A stretch of 63,989 nt of DNA, counting the filler, from Octopus bimaculoides (lineage: Eukaryota), in NCBI RefSeq assembly GCF_001194135.2. It is 7 parts of 7 records of this genome, joined end to end, with 100 filler letters (N's around TTAATTAATTAA, not from the genome) between each part and the next. Parts side by side here need not be neighbours in the genome. Positions count along the whole stretch, not along the records: positions 23,912 to 39,334 come from NC_068994.1; positions 39,435 to 46,927 come from NC_068981.1; 5 more parts are not named here. One strand, given 5' to 3'. The notes under the pieces are model-generated. The model was not told the origin of the DNA, did no database searches, and saw only the letters and a program-made list of their open reading frames with translations. Positions 27,815 to 39,904 of the stretch are shown piece after piece. The stretch's first letter is position 1. Each line of letters starts with the position of its first letter. The translations under genes were made by a program, and so were the position numbers.

Positions 27815-28200
27815 AAGAAGATTCCACTTCAATATTTGTGTGGGGCCACAGAAAGAGAGCAGAAGCTACTAAGTTAATAATTCTGAGGAAATGGAGCTGT
27901 GGAGACGGAGCAGAAGATTCCACTTTTATATTGGTAAGAATGAGCTGGAAACTCCACTCAAATATCAGTGAGGCTGAGCAGGAAATTCTACTCAAATACT
28001 GCTGAGAGTGAGTGGGAAACTCCACTTGAATATTGGTGAGATTGAGCGGTAAACTTCACTCAAATATTGGCAAGTAAGCAGATTTCGTTCAAATATTGGT
28101 GAGATTAAGCAGACAGTTTCGTTTAAATATTGTTGAGACAGAGTAAATATTTAAATGAGAACTTAAATATTGGTGAGATGGATCGGAAGATTCCACTTTC
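27815..28200. repeat. Degenerate ~34-bp minisatellite
   Basis: Consecutive units ggaaactccactcaaatat(c/t)(a/g)gtgag..gagc, about 6-8 copies, clearest over 27948-28140. Confidence 0.8.
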
Positions 28201-28733
28201 ATTTGATACACTGTTTTAACAATGTCATATCTTTCATCACAGTGTCAAATACCAATTAGAAAACTTCATCATTATTCAACCACNNNNNNNNNNNNNNNNN
28301 NNNNNNNNNNNNNNNNNNNNNNNNNNNNNNNNNNNNNNNNNNNNNNNNNNNNNNNNNNNNNNNNNNNNNNNNNNNNNNNNNNNNNNNNNNNNNNNNNNNN
28401 NNNNNNNNNNNNNNNNNNNNNNNNNNNNNNNNNNNNNNNNNNNNNNNNNNNNNNNNNNNNNNNNNNNNNNNNNNNNNNNNNNNNNNNNNNNNNNNNNNNN
28501 NNNNNNNNNNNNNNNNNNNNNNNNNNNNNNNNNNNNNNNNNNNNNNNNNNNNNNNNNNNNNNNNNNNNNNNNNNNNNNNNNNNNNNNNNNNNNNNNNNNN
28601 NNNNNNNNNNNNNNNNNNNNNNNNNNNNNNNNNNNNNNNNNNNNNNNNNNNNNNNNNNNNNNNNNNNNNNNNNNNNNNNNNNNNNNNNNNNNNNNNNNNN
28701 NNNNNNGTGAGTATGTGTGTGTATGTAAAAGGG

Positions 28734-28773
<40 letters not shown>

Positions 28774-29644
28774 AATGGAAATGGGATGGTGAACATTCAA
28801 TGCTGAAAAGAAAAATCAAACAGCATTTCAACTCTGTTTGAGTATATGTGTGTATGTATGTGCATGTACAAGGGAAGTATGTGAATGTGTGTATGTGTGA
28901 TTATTGTATACCTTATTTATACATAAAATACTGCAATTAGCCGTCATTTCTGACGGCACAGGGTCAGCTAGTAATAATAATAATAATAAAGTCGGCCAAC
29001 ATCCATTACAACCAATTTGGGGGTGTCTGTTTTTTGACTTATCTTCCTTTGCTTTCTTCCTTTCTTTCTTTTTTTTGTTGTTTTTTTAAGAAAAAATGTT
29101 TGAAGAATATTAATCACTTTTTTAGTCTGGTATCACATCAAGAAAACTCCTCTGTAAAGTCATAAAGACCTGCAAAAGAAGAAAAAAATATATAAAAAAC
29201 TGAGAAAAAAAAAGATGGTTCAACAGAACTTAACAACAACAACAAAAAAAAACATTAACAGTCAAGTTTTTTTTTCTTTAACCTATTCTAAATCAGAGGC
29301 AATTCTTAATAATCGATTGATTAATAAATACATAATTAGATAAAGTATGCTTTGGTTCAGATGAAGAGAGAGAAAATATACTATTACAGAGATGTAACTT
29401 AAAACTAGATTTAGAATTCTAAAGTTAAATACAAAAACACTTTCTACTTATGTTTTAGTCTGATTAAGACGACAGTAGGATCTACGGATCATGGCTTTTT
29501 CATTCAGCCTCACAAGAAGAGATCAGTATAACAAGTAATGTTAACATCAAAGATTCAGAATTCTTTCAGACAGCCTAAAATGATCATATGTTAATGGAAA
29601 ATCTCAAACTTTAATTAAGATATGCAGGAAAGCAAACTTCTTAA

Positions 29645-30040
29645 ACCAGTCACAACCAGCAATACTGGAGCACCGCCTTCAGTCGAAGTAATCAACCCCA
29701 GGACGTATTCTTTGTAAGCCCGGTACTTATTTTATCAGTTTCTTTTGCCAAACCACTAACTTACATTACAGGGATGTAAACACACCAACATCAGTTGTCA
29801 AGTGATGGTGGGGGTGACAAACACAGACACACAAATATATATATATATATATGTATGTATGTATGTATGTATATATACGACAGGCTTCTTTCAATTTCCA
29901 TCTACCAAATCTACTCACAAGGCATTGGTCAGCCCGAGGCTATTGTAGAAGACACTTGCCCAATGTGCCACACAGTGGGATTGAACCCAGAACCATGTGG
30001 TTGGGAAGCAAGCTTCTAACAACACAGCCATGCCTGCATC
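29645..30040 (-). mobile_element. SINE family A
   Basis: Homologous to 36847-37244. Confidence 0.85.
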
Positions 30041-30159
30041 AGCACAACTTAATGTCTGTTTTCCATGCTGGCATGGGTTGTTTGATAGGAGCTGACAAGC
30101 CAGAGAGCTGCACCAGGTCCCAATTGTCTGTTTTGAGAAAATGATAATATGTCATATGC

Positions 30160-30555
30160 GCAAGTATGGCTGTGTGGTAAGCAGTTTGTTTTGCTTCCCA
30201 ACCACATGATTCCAGGTTCAGTCCCACAGCATGGCACCCTGGGCAAGAGTCTTTTACTATAGCCTCAGGCTGACCAAATCTTTCTCAGTAGGTTTGGTAA
30301 ATGGAAACTGAAAGAAACTCATCAAATATATATATGTATGTATGTGTGTTTGTGTTTTGTGCTTTGTCTCTCTGCTACTTGACAACCACTGTTGGTTTGT
30401 TTACATCCTCATAACTTAGCAGTTTGGCAAAAGTATCTGATAGAATAAACACTTATTTAACAAAAAAGAAAAAAAAAGCAAGTACTGAGGTTGATTTGTT
30501 TGACAAAAACACCCTTTGAGGCAGTGCCCCAGCATGGCCACAATCCAACAACTAA
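30160..30555 (+). mobile_element. SINE family A (diverged)
   Basis: Head tggctgtgtggtaag..ggttcagtccca..ggcaccctgggcaag; tail cagcatggccac. Confidence 0.85.
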
Positions 30556-31604
30556 GACAAGATAAAAAAAAAACAGATGCTGTGATGTTCATGCTTTTCT
30601 TAAAAGCATTCACTGCTACCTCGTATGCACATAAGTGAAACAGATTTAACCCAAGCACCAAAACTGGGTCAAAGAAGAATCAGTTTGCCAAGACGATGCT
30701 GCATACCAGAGTCTGCTAGATACACCAGCCATTAATAATGATTTCTTTTGTTTAGGCACCAGGCCAATGCTTCAGCAGGAGGCAACGGAGGGGTGGGTGA
30801 GGCGGAGGGAATATCTTACATGGTACATGCTTCCAGTNNNNNNNNNNNNNNNNNNNNNNNNNNNNNNNNNNNNNNNNNNNNNNNNNNNNNNNNNNNNNNN
30901 NNNNNNNNNNNNNNNNNNNNNNNNNNNNNNNNNNNNNNNNNNNNNNNNNNNNNNNNNNNNNNNNNNNNNNNNNNNNNNNNNNNNNNNNNNNNNNNNNNNN
31001 NNNNNNNNNNNNNNNNNNNNNNNNNNNNNNNNNNNNNNNNNNNNNNNNNNNNNNNNNNNNNNNNNNNNNNNNNNNNNNNNNNNNNNNNNNNNNNNNNNNN
31101 NNNNNNNNNNNNNNNNNNNNNNNNNNNNNNNNNNNNNNNNNNNNNNNNNNNNNNNNNNNNNNNNNNNNNNNNNNNNNNNNNNNNNNNNNNNNNNNNNNNN
31201 NNNNNNNNNNNNNNNNNNNNNNNNNNNNNNNNNNNNNNNNNNNNNNNNNNNNNNNNNNNNNNNNNNNNNNNNNNNNNNNNNNNNNNNNNNNNNNNNNNNN
31301 NNNNNNNNNNNNNNNNNNNNNNNNNNNNNNNNNNNNNNNNNNNNNNNNNNNNNNNNNNNNNNNNNNNNNNNNNNNNNNNNNNNNNNNNNNNNNNNNNNNN
31401 NNNNNNNNNNNNNNNNNNNNNNNNNNNNNNNNNNNNNNNNNNNNNNNNNNNNNNNNNNNNNNNNNNNNNNNNNNNNNNNNNNNNNNNNNNNNNNNNNNNN
31501 NNNNNNNNNNNNNNNNNNNNNNNNNNNNNNNNNNNNNNNNNNNNNNNNNNNNNNNNNNNNNNNNNNNNNNNTGATGATATATATATGAATCATTTATCTT
31601 TGAT

Positions 31605-32000
31605 CTTTTACTTGTTTCAGTCATTTGACTGTGGCCATGCTGGGGCACCACTTTGAAATTGTAGTCAAATGTATCAACCTTAGTACTTTTTGTTTTTTAA
31701 AGCCTGGTATTGCTCTATTGGTTTCTTTTGCTGAACTGCTAAGTAACGGGGACGTAAACACACCAACACTGGTTGTTGAGTGGTGACGAGGGAACAAACA
31801 CAGACACAAAGACACACACACATAGATATATACATACATACATATATGTGACGGGCTTCTTTTCAGTCTACCAAATCCATTCACAAGGCTTTGATCAGCC
31901 CGAGACTATAGTAGAAAGGATTTGCCCATGGTGCCATGCAGTGGGACTGAACCCAGGACTATGTAGTTGGGAAGCAAGCTTTTTACCACACAGCCACACA
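31605..32000 (-). mobile_element. SINE family A
   Basis: Full-length reverse copy. Confidence 0.85.
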
Positions 32001-32153
32001 CACACACACACACACACACGTGCATTTACAAATATAAATACATACATACATGTGTACGAGCATGCAAGTGTGTGTGTGTTTGCACATGTGTGTGTGCACA
32101 TGTGTGTGTGCACATGTGTGTGCACATGTGTGTGCACGTGTGTGTGTGTGTGT

Positions 32154-32195
<42 letters not shown>

Positions 32196-32199
32196 ATGT

Positions 32200-32510
32200 G
32201 TGTGGATGGTAATCATGCCAATCCCAGCCACACTCTCAGTGGTTGGCAACATCTCACTCAGAATGTTTGCCAAACAAAGCAAAACCAACCAGAAAGATCC
32301 GGAAGGAGTGGAGTTTGTTGTAGTGCACTGGTAATACCAACCAGTAATACAGTGGAGGTTGTGAATGAGCATCACGTCATGCAAGCGGTGTCGTTCGTTT
32401 CCAGTATTCTGAGAAATAAAAAGTGTCATTGGGAAATATTACCTCATTTAGCAGACAGGTGAGGGTTAGTGACAGAGAGAGCATCCAGCTGTAGAAAATC
32501 AGCCCTCACC
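32200..32510 (+). mobile_element. SINE family C (diverged)
   Basis: cactctcagtggttggcaac and gcatccagctgtagaaa blocks shared with 34660-34886. Confidence 0.55.
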
Positions 32511-32576
32511 AAATGAATTTATGCTCAAATGAATTTATGCTCAAATGAATTTATGCTCAAATGAATTTATGCTCAC
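32511..32576. repeat. 16-bp tandem repeat AAATGAATTTATGCTC x4
   Basis: Four perfect units seen directly. Confidence 0.95.
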
Positions 32577-32637
32577 ATTGGATGCAAAGGGAAATGAATA
32601 TTTTATGGTGCTTTTTGACAATGAGATTGTAATAGTA

Positions 32638-32668
<31 letters not shown>

Positions 32669-32670
32669 TC

Positions 32671-32872
32671 CTTTATACTAAAGGCACAAGGCCTGAAATT
32701 TTAGGGGAGGGGATTAGCCACTTACATCAACCCCGGGGCTCAACTGTTACTTATCTCAATGACCCTGAAAGAATGTAATACAAAGTGAATCTCCATGGAA
32801 TTTGAACTCAGAACACAGATGACTCTAAGCATTTTGCCTGGCGTGCTAACGGTTCTGCCAGCTCACTATCTT
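32671..32872 (-). mobile_element. SINE family B (tail type 2, (ATT)n end)
   Basis: Head and centre as in family B; the tail aatttcaggccttgtgcctttagtataaagg runs into (ATT)n. Confidence 0.75.
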
Positions 32873-33271
32873 AATGGTGGTAGTGGCGGCGGCGGTGGTN
32901 NNNNNNNNNNNNNNNNNNNNNNNNNNNNNNNNNNNNNNNNNNNNNNNNNNNNNNNNNNNNNNNNNNNNNNNNNNNNNNNNNNNNNNNNNNNNNNNNNNNN
33001 NNNNNNNNNNNNNNNNNNNNNNNNNNNNNNNNNNNNNNNNNNNNNNNNNNNNNNNNNNNNNNNNNNNNNNNNNNNNNNNNNNNNNNNNNNNNNNNNNNNN
33101 NNNNNNNNNNNNNNNNNNNNNNNNNNNNNNNNNNNNNNNNNNNNNNNNNNNNNNNNNNNNNNNNNNNNNNNNNNNNNNNNNNNNNNNNNNNNNNNNNNGT
33201 GCTTAACTGCCATTTATTTTTATCGAACGTTGGAAGAATGAAATGGAGAGACAAACAACCTCAGTAACAGC

Positions 33272-33320
<49 letters not shown>

Positions 33321-33489
33321 GCAGCAGCAGCAGCAGCAGAATTTGAACACACAATGTAAAAAGATATTTTACATTCTCATGTTAAAAAAAAAAAATAATA
33401 ATAATTAAAGAATAAAAAAAATAAATATCCCAACACAAACAAGTCTTTTTGTCTGATGCTTACTGTGTCTGAAATTCACTGCAAATAAT

Positions 33490-33610
33490 AAAAATCTAGC
33501 CAACAGCTGCTCTATGTTGAAGCATTTCCTGGATCTGAAGAGAAAGCCAATTCTCTTTGGTACGCTTTTGGCAATGCTTAAGTACATGAGGTCTTTAACG
33601 CGAGCTTGCC
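33490..33610 (-). mobile_element. CR1/Jockey-group LINE RT C-terminal fragment
   Basis: YLSIAKSVPKRIGFLFRSRKCFNIEQLL, cf. HIxSIAKSASKKLGFLFRARxYFSxxQLL. Confidence 0.6.
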
Positions 33611-33769
33611 GGCGATGATTAGTTCAGGCCATGGGTGATGGAGGAGTGGCAGAAAAGCGAAAAAATATTTGGCACCTGAATTAGATTCTTCTCTCCTCTG
33701 GCACCAATTTCCCAGGTAAATAATTCTCGAGAATAGATACATCGTATATGATGAATTATGTACGAATAT

Positions 33770-33902
33770 ATATTCTTTTACTTGTTTCAATCATTTGACA
33801 GCGGCCATGCTGGAACACCGCCTTGAAAGGGTTATTTTAGTCGAACAATTTGATCCCAGGACTTGCTGTTTTTAAGCCTCGTACTTATTCTATTGGTCTC
33901 TT
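33770..33902 (-). mobile_element. SINE family A 3' part (runs into a gap)
   Basis: tttacttgtttcaatcatttgacagcggccatgctggaacaccgcc. Confidence 0.8.
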
Positions 33903-34659
33903 NNNNNNNNNNNNNNNNNNNNNNNNNNNNNNNNNNNNNNNNNNNNNNNNNNNNNNNNNNNNNNNNNNNNNNNNNNNNNNNNNNNNNNNNNNNNNNNNNN
34001 NNNNNNNNNNNNNNNNNNNNNNNNNNNNNNNNNNNNNNNNNNNNNNNNNNNNNNNNNNNNNNNNNNNNNNNNNNNNNNNNNNNNNNNNNNNNNNNNNNNN
34101 NNNNNNNNNNNNNNNNNNNNNNNNNNNNNNNNNNNNNNNNNNNNNNNNNNNNNNNNNNNNNNNNNNNNNNNNNNNNNNNNNNNNNNNNNNNNNNNNNNNN
34201 NNNNNNNNNNNNNNNNNNNNNNNNNNNNNNNNNNNNNNNNNNNNNNNNNNNNNNNNNNNNNNNNNNNNNNNNNNNNNNNNNNNNNNNNNNNNNNNNNNNN
34301 NNNNNNNNNNNNNNNNNNNNNNNNNNNNNNNNNNNNNNNNNNNNNNNNNNNNNNNNNNNNNNNNNNNNNNNNNNNNNNNNNNNNNNNNNNNNNNNNNNNN
34401 NNNNNNNNNNNNNNNNNNNNNNNNNNNNNNNNNNNNNNNNNNNNNNNNNNNNNNNNNNNNNNNNNNNNNNNNNNNNNNNNNNNNNNNNNNNNNNNNNNNN
34501 NNNNNNNNNNNNNNNNNNNNNNNNNNNNNNNNNNNNNNNNNNNNNNNNNNNNNNNNNNNNNNNNNNNNNNNNNNNNNNNNNNNNNNNNNNNNNNNNNNNN
34601 NNNNNNNNNNNNNNNNNNNNNNNNNNNNNNNNNNNNNNNNNNNNNNNNNNNNNNNNNNN

Positions 34660-34882
34660 TTGAGCGTGGCCGTTGCCAGTACCGCCTGACTGGCCCTCAT
34701 GCCAGTGGCATGTAAAAGCACTCACTACACTCTTGGAGTGGTTGGCATTAAGAAGGGCATCCAGCTGTAGAAACTCTGCCAGATCAGATTGGAGCCTGGT
34801 GCAGCCATCTGGTTTGCCAGTCTTCAGTTAAATCGTCCAACCTATGCTAGCATGGAAAGCAGACGTTAAACGATGATGATGA

Positions 34883-34886
<4 letters not shown>
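34660..34886 (+). mobile_element. SINE family C with a (GAT)n tail
   Basis: Near-identical to 38812-39037 and to 37318-37480 (reverse). Confidence 0.85.
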
Positions 34887-34925
<39 letters not shown>

Positions 34926-34926
<1 letters not shown>

Positions 34927-35465
34927 GAAGTCTGATCACAAAGTATCAGGGCTGTTGTTATGATAACAGAGCTAAAGTACACAAAATGAAGCCACTTGGT
35001 ACAGGTTAATCTTGAACTCTGTCATACAATTACACTAAGTCATAACATTCTTGCTCACTTCTGTTGTGTACGGCAGTGCTTGGAAGCAAAGCATGTAAGA
35101 GTGTTGTCATCTCAAAAGGAGATCGGGCTCCAGCTGGGCAGGATCCCCTTGATTGTGTTGAGAAAGACAAAACTTCTTGGAAACAGTCACAACAGGTGAC
35201 AAACCATGGGTTTATGGCTCTGACACCCCGAAACTAATGCAAAAATCAAATCCCACTTGAAAGGAACGAGATTTCAAGCCATCGAATAATTTCCAAGAGA
35301 ATGCAACGAGACAGCTGCGCATTATATCGAAAAGGGAGTTCCAGTAATGGAAACAAGGCTGGTTTCAGACAGTGGAATATTTCAAAGGAGATTAAATGCC
35401 AAATTGGTACGTGTTGTGGTTTTGTTTTTATAGCACCAGTCCGGATACTTTTTGATCAGACCTCG
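34926..35465 (+). mobile_element. Mariner element, internally deleted
   Basis: 25-bp TIRs TGAAGTCTGATCACAAAGTATCAGG and (rc) CGAGGTCTGATCAAAAAGTATCCGG; C-terminal transposase KSHLKGTRFQ..EFQ*WKQ..EYFKGD*. Confidence 0.85.
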
Positions 35466-35548
35466 TTTGTACATATAAGAAAGGATTTAAAGTGGATTTC
35501 AGAAAGCATAATTAATTCTGCAGTCAACAAGTGTCTTACACTGAACTA

Positions 35549-35801
35549 GGTACAACACCCAGGGTGCAACACCCAAGGTACAATACCTAAGGTACCTTGG
35601 TTATGGGGTACCTTAAATATCCAAGAGGGTCGCAAAGTAAACAGTAGCACAGAATATGGTGGTAGCAGAGGGGTAACCAGGAGTTATGACCTGACCCCAC
35701 AAAGGCCCAACCCCACAAAGGACCAACCCCCACAAAGGACCAACCCCCACAAAGGCCCAACCCCACAAAGACCCAATCCCACAAAGGCCCAACCCCACAA
35801 A
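35549..35801. repeat. 14-bp x3 repeat (ggtacaacacccag) plus 16-17-bp x6 repeat (ccccacaaaggcccaa)
   Basis: Seen directly; the second array spans 35695-35801. Confidence 0.85.
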
Positions 35802-36374
35802 TATATGAAGTTTGTACGAAACGTACGTACTGCTATAACCTATTGAATTTTTGTTTCTTTTCTTCAAATATATATATTATATATATATATATGCATATGT
35901 ATATATATATGTGTGTGTGTGTATATATATATGTATATATGTATATATCTTGGCAGAACCCTCTGGCTTGTCTGGTCTTGTTAAACTGTCCAACTTATGT
36001 CAGGATGGAAAAAGGGACATCAAATGATGATACACACACACACACANNNNNNNNNNNNNNNNNNNNNNNNNNNNNNNNNNNNNNNNNNNNNNNNNNNNNN
36101 NNNNNNNNNNNNNNNNNNNNNNNNNNNNNNNNNNNNNNNNNNNNNNGCATGGCCGCAGTCAAATGACAGAAACAAGTAAAAGAGTAAAAAGAGTAAAAGA
36201 GTATATATATATTACATACATGACATACACAAACAGATATATGTATGTATGTATACACACATATATATATGTTGATATATACGTATGCATGTATTAGTAC
36301 ATAACATTACTAGTTATTAGCATAACAGATACATACATACAAACATGGGTATGTACAATATTTATACATACATT

Positions 36375-36417
<43 letters not shown>

Positions 36418-36695
36418 TTACACACACATATAATATACACAAACACACACACATGCACACAGACACAAAATTAAGGACATCCAATTACACGCATGATATA
36501 TGCATAATTCCATTTAATTGCATAAAATATTCTAATGATATTTAGTAAAAAATACAATGGAACACAAAACAGAACATTTCATTTTATTTTTAAAACAAAA
36601 TGTGATTCTGGAAGCTTCTATTTCCCTAAGTTGAGAAGACAACAACCAATATGTCATGTTTGCAAAAGGGCCAAATTCATTCTGGTTATTCTTAC

Positions 36696-36765
36696 CATTC
36701 CAATGAATTAAGCCTCTTGATACCAACTCCCCTGGGAGCACTCTTTATTCTTTGATGCAAACTTC
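36696..36765 (-). CDS. Candidate internal exon (70 nt, phase 1-2), SLHQRIKSAPRGVGIKRLNSLE
   Basis: Acceptor tttatcttaatttaaaacag|GA, donor ATG|gtaaga. Same strand and segment as, and upstream of, the 25911 ORF. Confidence 0.4.
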
Positions 36766-36846
36766 CTGTTTTAAATTAAGATAAATTAAAACATGCCAGT
36801 AAAATTTCATGTTGGTTTATGTTGCAAACACCAGTTTAAAAAACTG

Positions 36847-37244
36847 TTTTACTCTTTTACTTGTTTCAGTCATTTGACTGTGGCCATGCTGGAGCACCGC
36901 TTTTAGTTGAGTAAATCGACCCCAGGACTTATTCTTTGTAAGCCTAGTACTTATTCTATCAGTCTCTTTTTGCCGAACCACTAAATTACGGGGACGTAAA
37001 CACACCAGCATCGGTTGTCAAGCGATGTTGGGGGGACAAACACAGACACACATACATATATATATACACAAATATAGATACGACAGGCTTCTTTCAGTTT
37101 CCGTCTACTAAATCCACTCACAAGGCTTTGGTCGGCCCGAGGCTATAGTAGAAGACACTTGCCCAAGGTGCCACGCAGTGGGACTGAACCCGGAACCATG
37201 TGGTTGGTAAGCAAGCTACCTACCACACAGCCACTCCTACGCCT
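36847..37244 (-). mobile_element. SINE family A, most intact copy
   Basis: Sense head aggcgtaggagtggctgtgtgg (A-box-like), ggttcagtccc (B-box-like), CORE-like gcaccttgggcaagtgtctt, tail gaaacaagtaaaagagt. Confidence 0.92.
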
Positions 37245-37317
37245 AAAATATAAAGTTATTTAACTAAATCCTCCATTTTTTGGCAAAATTTATTGAAACC
37301 AATGTATTTCAACAGGA

Positions 37318-37480
37318 ATCATCATCATCGTCATCATCGTTTAACGTCTGCTTTCCATGCTGGCATGGGTTGGACAATTTGACTGAGGACTGGTGAAACC
37401 AGATGGCTACACCAGGCTCCAATCTGATCTGGTAAAGTTTCTACAGCTGGATGCCCTTCCTGACGCCAACCACTCAGAGA
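37318..37480 (-). mobile_element. SINE family C 3' part
   Basis: Reverse complement of the 34730-34886 sequence. Confidence 0.85.
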
Positions 37481-37744
37481 CTGAGATGATTGATGATTTA
37501 CTGTGCTTGAGAAGACTCATCTATCTAAGTAAAAATGAGGTCTTAAAGTCACATCGTTTAGCTGGATAAGGATATAATTATATTATATAACTGCTACTGT
37601 CATAATGCATAGTGGAGGTGCAATGGCCCAGTGGTTAGAGCAGTGGATGATGTATATATCACAATATTACAATAACAAATATGTTGTGCATGTATAGTAA
37701 TATTACAATCATGAAATTAGCATTAGCTTATCTCACTCTTTCTC

Positions 37745-37810
37745 GTGGAACCCCTAGGAACCTTTTGTGGAAACCTAGGGTTCCAGGGGAACCTCGGTTG
37801 AGAAACGCTG
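37745..37810. mobile_element. hAT (Charlie-type) MITE end fragment
   Basis: Ends in ggttgagaaacgctg (rc CAGCGTTTCTCAACC), with ggaacccctagg subterminal motifs. Confidence 0.6.
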
Positions 37811-38162
37811 GCTTAACCTGTAGTGGAAATTCCAAATGTGGAACCAAAAACCTGTAACTAAGTAGACTCAGAGTTCACTTAGCAGAGACTAAGATGTTAA
37901 GTAGGAAATAAGATAGGACCCTGACCTTATCAGGGAAACGGCGGCCTTGTTCGATATACAGAAGGGAAGTAGATAGGAATTCTATACCCAATGTAAACTA
38001 GGGACACACAAGAGGTGCATTGAAATAACAGGCAAACTGACAGAGAAAGCAGGCCCTTCATGTTGCAGAAGCGCAGGAGCAATAACCATGAAAAGCACAC
38101 AGAAAATAGTTTCTTTCAAATGCTCAGAGGGTTACTTAAAAACAGTTGAGAGCTTTTGTTAC

Positions 38163-38343
38163 CTGCCTAGTTAATCTAATTAACAGTGGAGGTGAATGAT
38201 CTGAAAGTATAATAGCCAAAGTAAGAAAGTTCAGGTAGTTGTTATCTTTGTTGATTACAAAGGTTTCTCTCTCAGACTGAAAAGCAGAATGTGTGATGCC
38301 TGTGTACGAAGGTAGCAATATTTGGACCCTAAATGCAGAGGAC
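38163..38343 (-). CDS. Weak exon candidate (181 nt open frame, phase 2-0)
   Basis: Strong acceptor atttctttctagttttcacag|G and donor CAG|gtaaca, but its phase does not match the 36696-36765 exon. Confidence 0.22.
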
Positions 38344-38466
38344 CTGTGAAAACTAGAAAGAAATGAATCAAGCATGCACCAGTGAATGCGTGTTGTTTAG
38401 TGCATATGAACAACAAGAGTTCGAATGACCTGAGAGGCAAAAACTATGGATTAATATTGAGTGTAT

Positions 38467-38646
38467 AAGATGGTGAGCTGGCAGAATCATTAATACACCA
38501 GGTAAAATGCTTAGTCGCATTTATTCCGTCTTTATGTCTTGAGCAGGAATTTCACTGAGGTCGGCTTTCTTTTTCGTCCTTTCAGGGTTGATAAAATAAG
38601 TATCAATCAATGACACTCTTGTCAAAGTTTCAGGTCTTGTGCCTAT
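38467..38646 (+). mobile_element. SINE family B (tail type 2), diverged
   Basis: ggtgagctggcagaatc head, cctttcagggttgataaaataagta centre, tttcaggtcttgtgcct tail. Confidence 0.7.
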
Positions 38647-38651
38647 TGTGC

Positions 38652-39037
38652 TGGCACTTGTGTCGGTGGCACATGAAAGACCATTCGAGCGAGATCAGCA
38701 TCGCCTTACTGGCACTTGTGCCGGTGGCATGTGAAAAAACATTCGAGCGAGGTTGTTGCCAGTGCCACTGGACTGGCTCCTGTGCAGGTGACACGTAAAA
38801 TACACCATTTTGAGCGTGGCCGTTGCCAGTATCGCCTGACTGGCCTTCTTGCCAGTGGCACGTAAAAGCACCCACTACACTCTCAGAGTGGTTGACGTTA
38901 GGAAGGGCATCCAGCTATAGAAACTCCGCCAAATCAGATTGGAGCCTGGTATAGCCAACTAGTTTGCCAGTCCTCAGTCAAATCGTCCAATTCATGCCAG
39001 CATGGAAAGTGGACATTAAACGATGATGATGATGATG
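38652..39037 (+). mobile_element. SINE family C with an internal ~62-bp tandem duplication
   Basis: tggcacttgtg(t/c)cggtggca...cattcgagcgag occurs twice; (GAT)n tail. Confidence 0.85.
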
Positions 39038-39286
39038 AATATTAAGTGAAGTATAAGGTGGAGAGGTATCAGAATTGTTAGCATACCAGGTAATATGCTT
39101 AGTGGCATTTCATCCAGGATATTGAGGTAGAAAGAGGAATGAGACTAGCAGGTCATGCTTCCTGACTGCTGGAAGAACAAATGCCCAAGTAATCAGTGTT
39201 GCACTCATGACCACAATATCACAACGCACAACCCGGTCCAGGAATTGAAATCACAATCTAGCGAACATGACAGCAACAACATAACC

Positions 39287-39326
<40 letters not shown>

Positions 39327-39434
39327 CATATATANNNNNNNNNNNNNNNNNNNNNNNNNNNNNNNNNNNNNNNNNNNNTTAATTAATTAANNNNNNNNNN
39401 NNNNNNNNNNNNNNNNNNNNNNNNNNNNNNNNNN

Positions 39435-39636
39435 CGGGCGAAATGCTTAGCGGTATTTCGTCTGCCGCTACGTTCTGAGTTCAAATTCCGCAGAGGTCGA
39501 CTTTGCCTTTCATCCTTTCGGGGTCGATTAAATAAGTACCAGTTACGAACTGGGGTCGATATAATCGACTTAATCCGTTTATCTGTCCTTGTTTGTCCCC
39601 TTTGTGTGTAGCCCCTTGTGGGTAGTAAAGAAATAA
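39435..39636 (+). mobile_element. SINE family B (tail type 1), 5' end cut by the spacer
   Basis: High similarity to 13555-13760. Confidence 0.9.
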
Positions 39637-39904
39637 CACATGCACACACACACACACGCGCGCGCGGACACACACACAGCGCCCTGACAGATATAACACA
39701 TACGTACGCACACATACACACGCATACACACTTACACGCATACATCGCTTGGACACACATATACAGACACACTCAAATATACACACATACCCATGTGCAC
39801 GCACACGCCGCGTAGACCAGAATAAAATCACACATACACACACGCGTATACTTACACGCAAATACACACATATAAACCCCAAAATGCCAATCAAAACTAC
39901 TGAA

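Noticed and set aside
27948-28140. Repeat array as a CRISPR-like locus
   Set aside because: The units are degenerate along their whole length with no unique spacers, the context is eukaryotic, and there are no cas genes.
29118-29169. Strong minus-strand acceptor (ttttttcttcttttgcag) as an exon of the large-ORF gene
   Set aside because: All frames close before a good donor.
30640-30770. Minus-strand KKSLLMAGVSSRLWYAASSW as an R1-clade RT remnant
   Set aside because: The resemblance is short, with no flanking RT motifs to support it.
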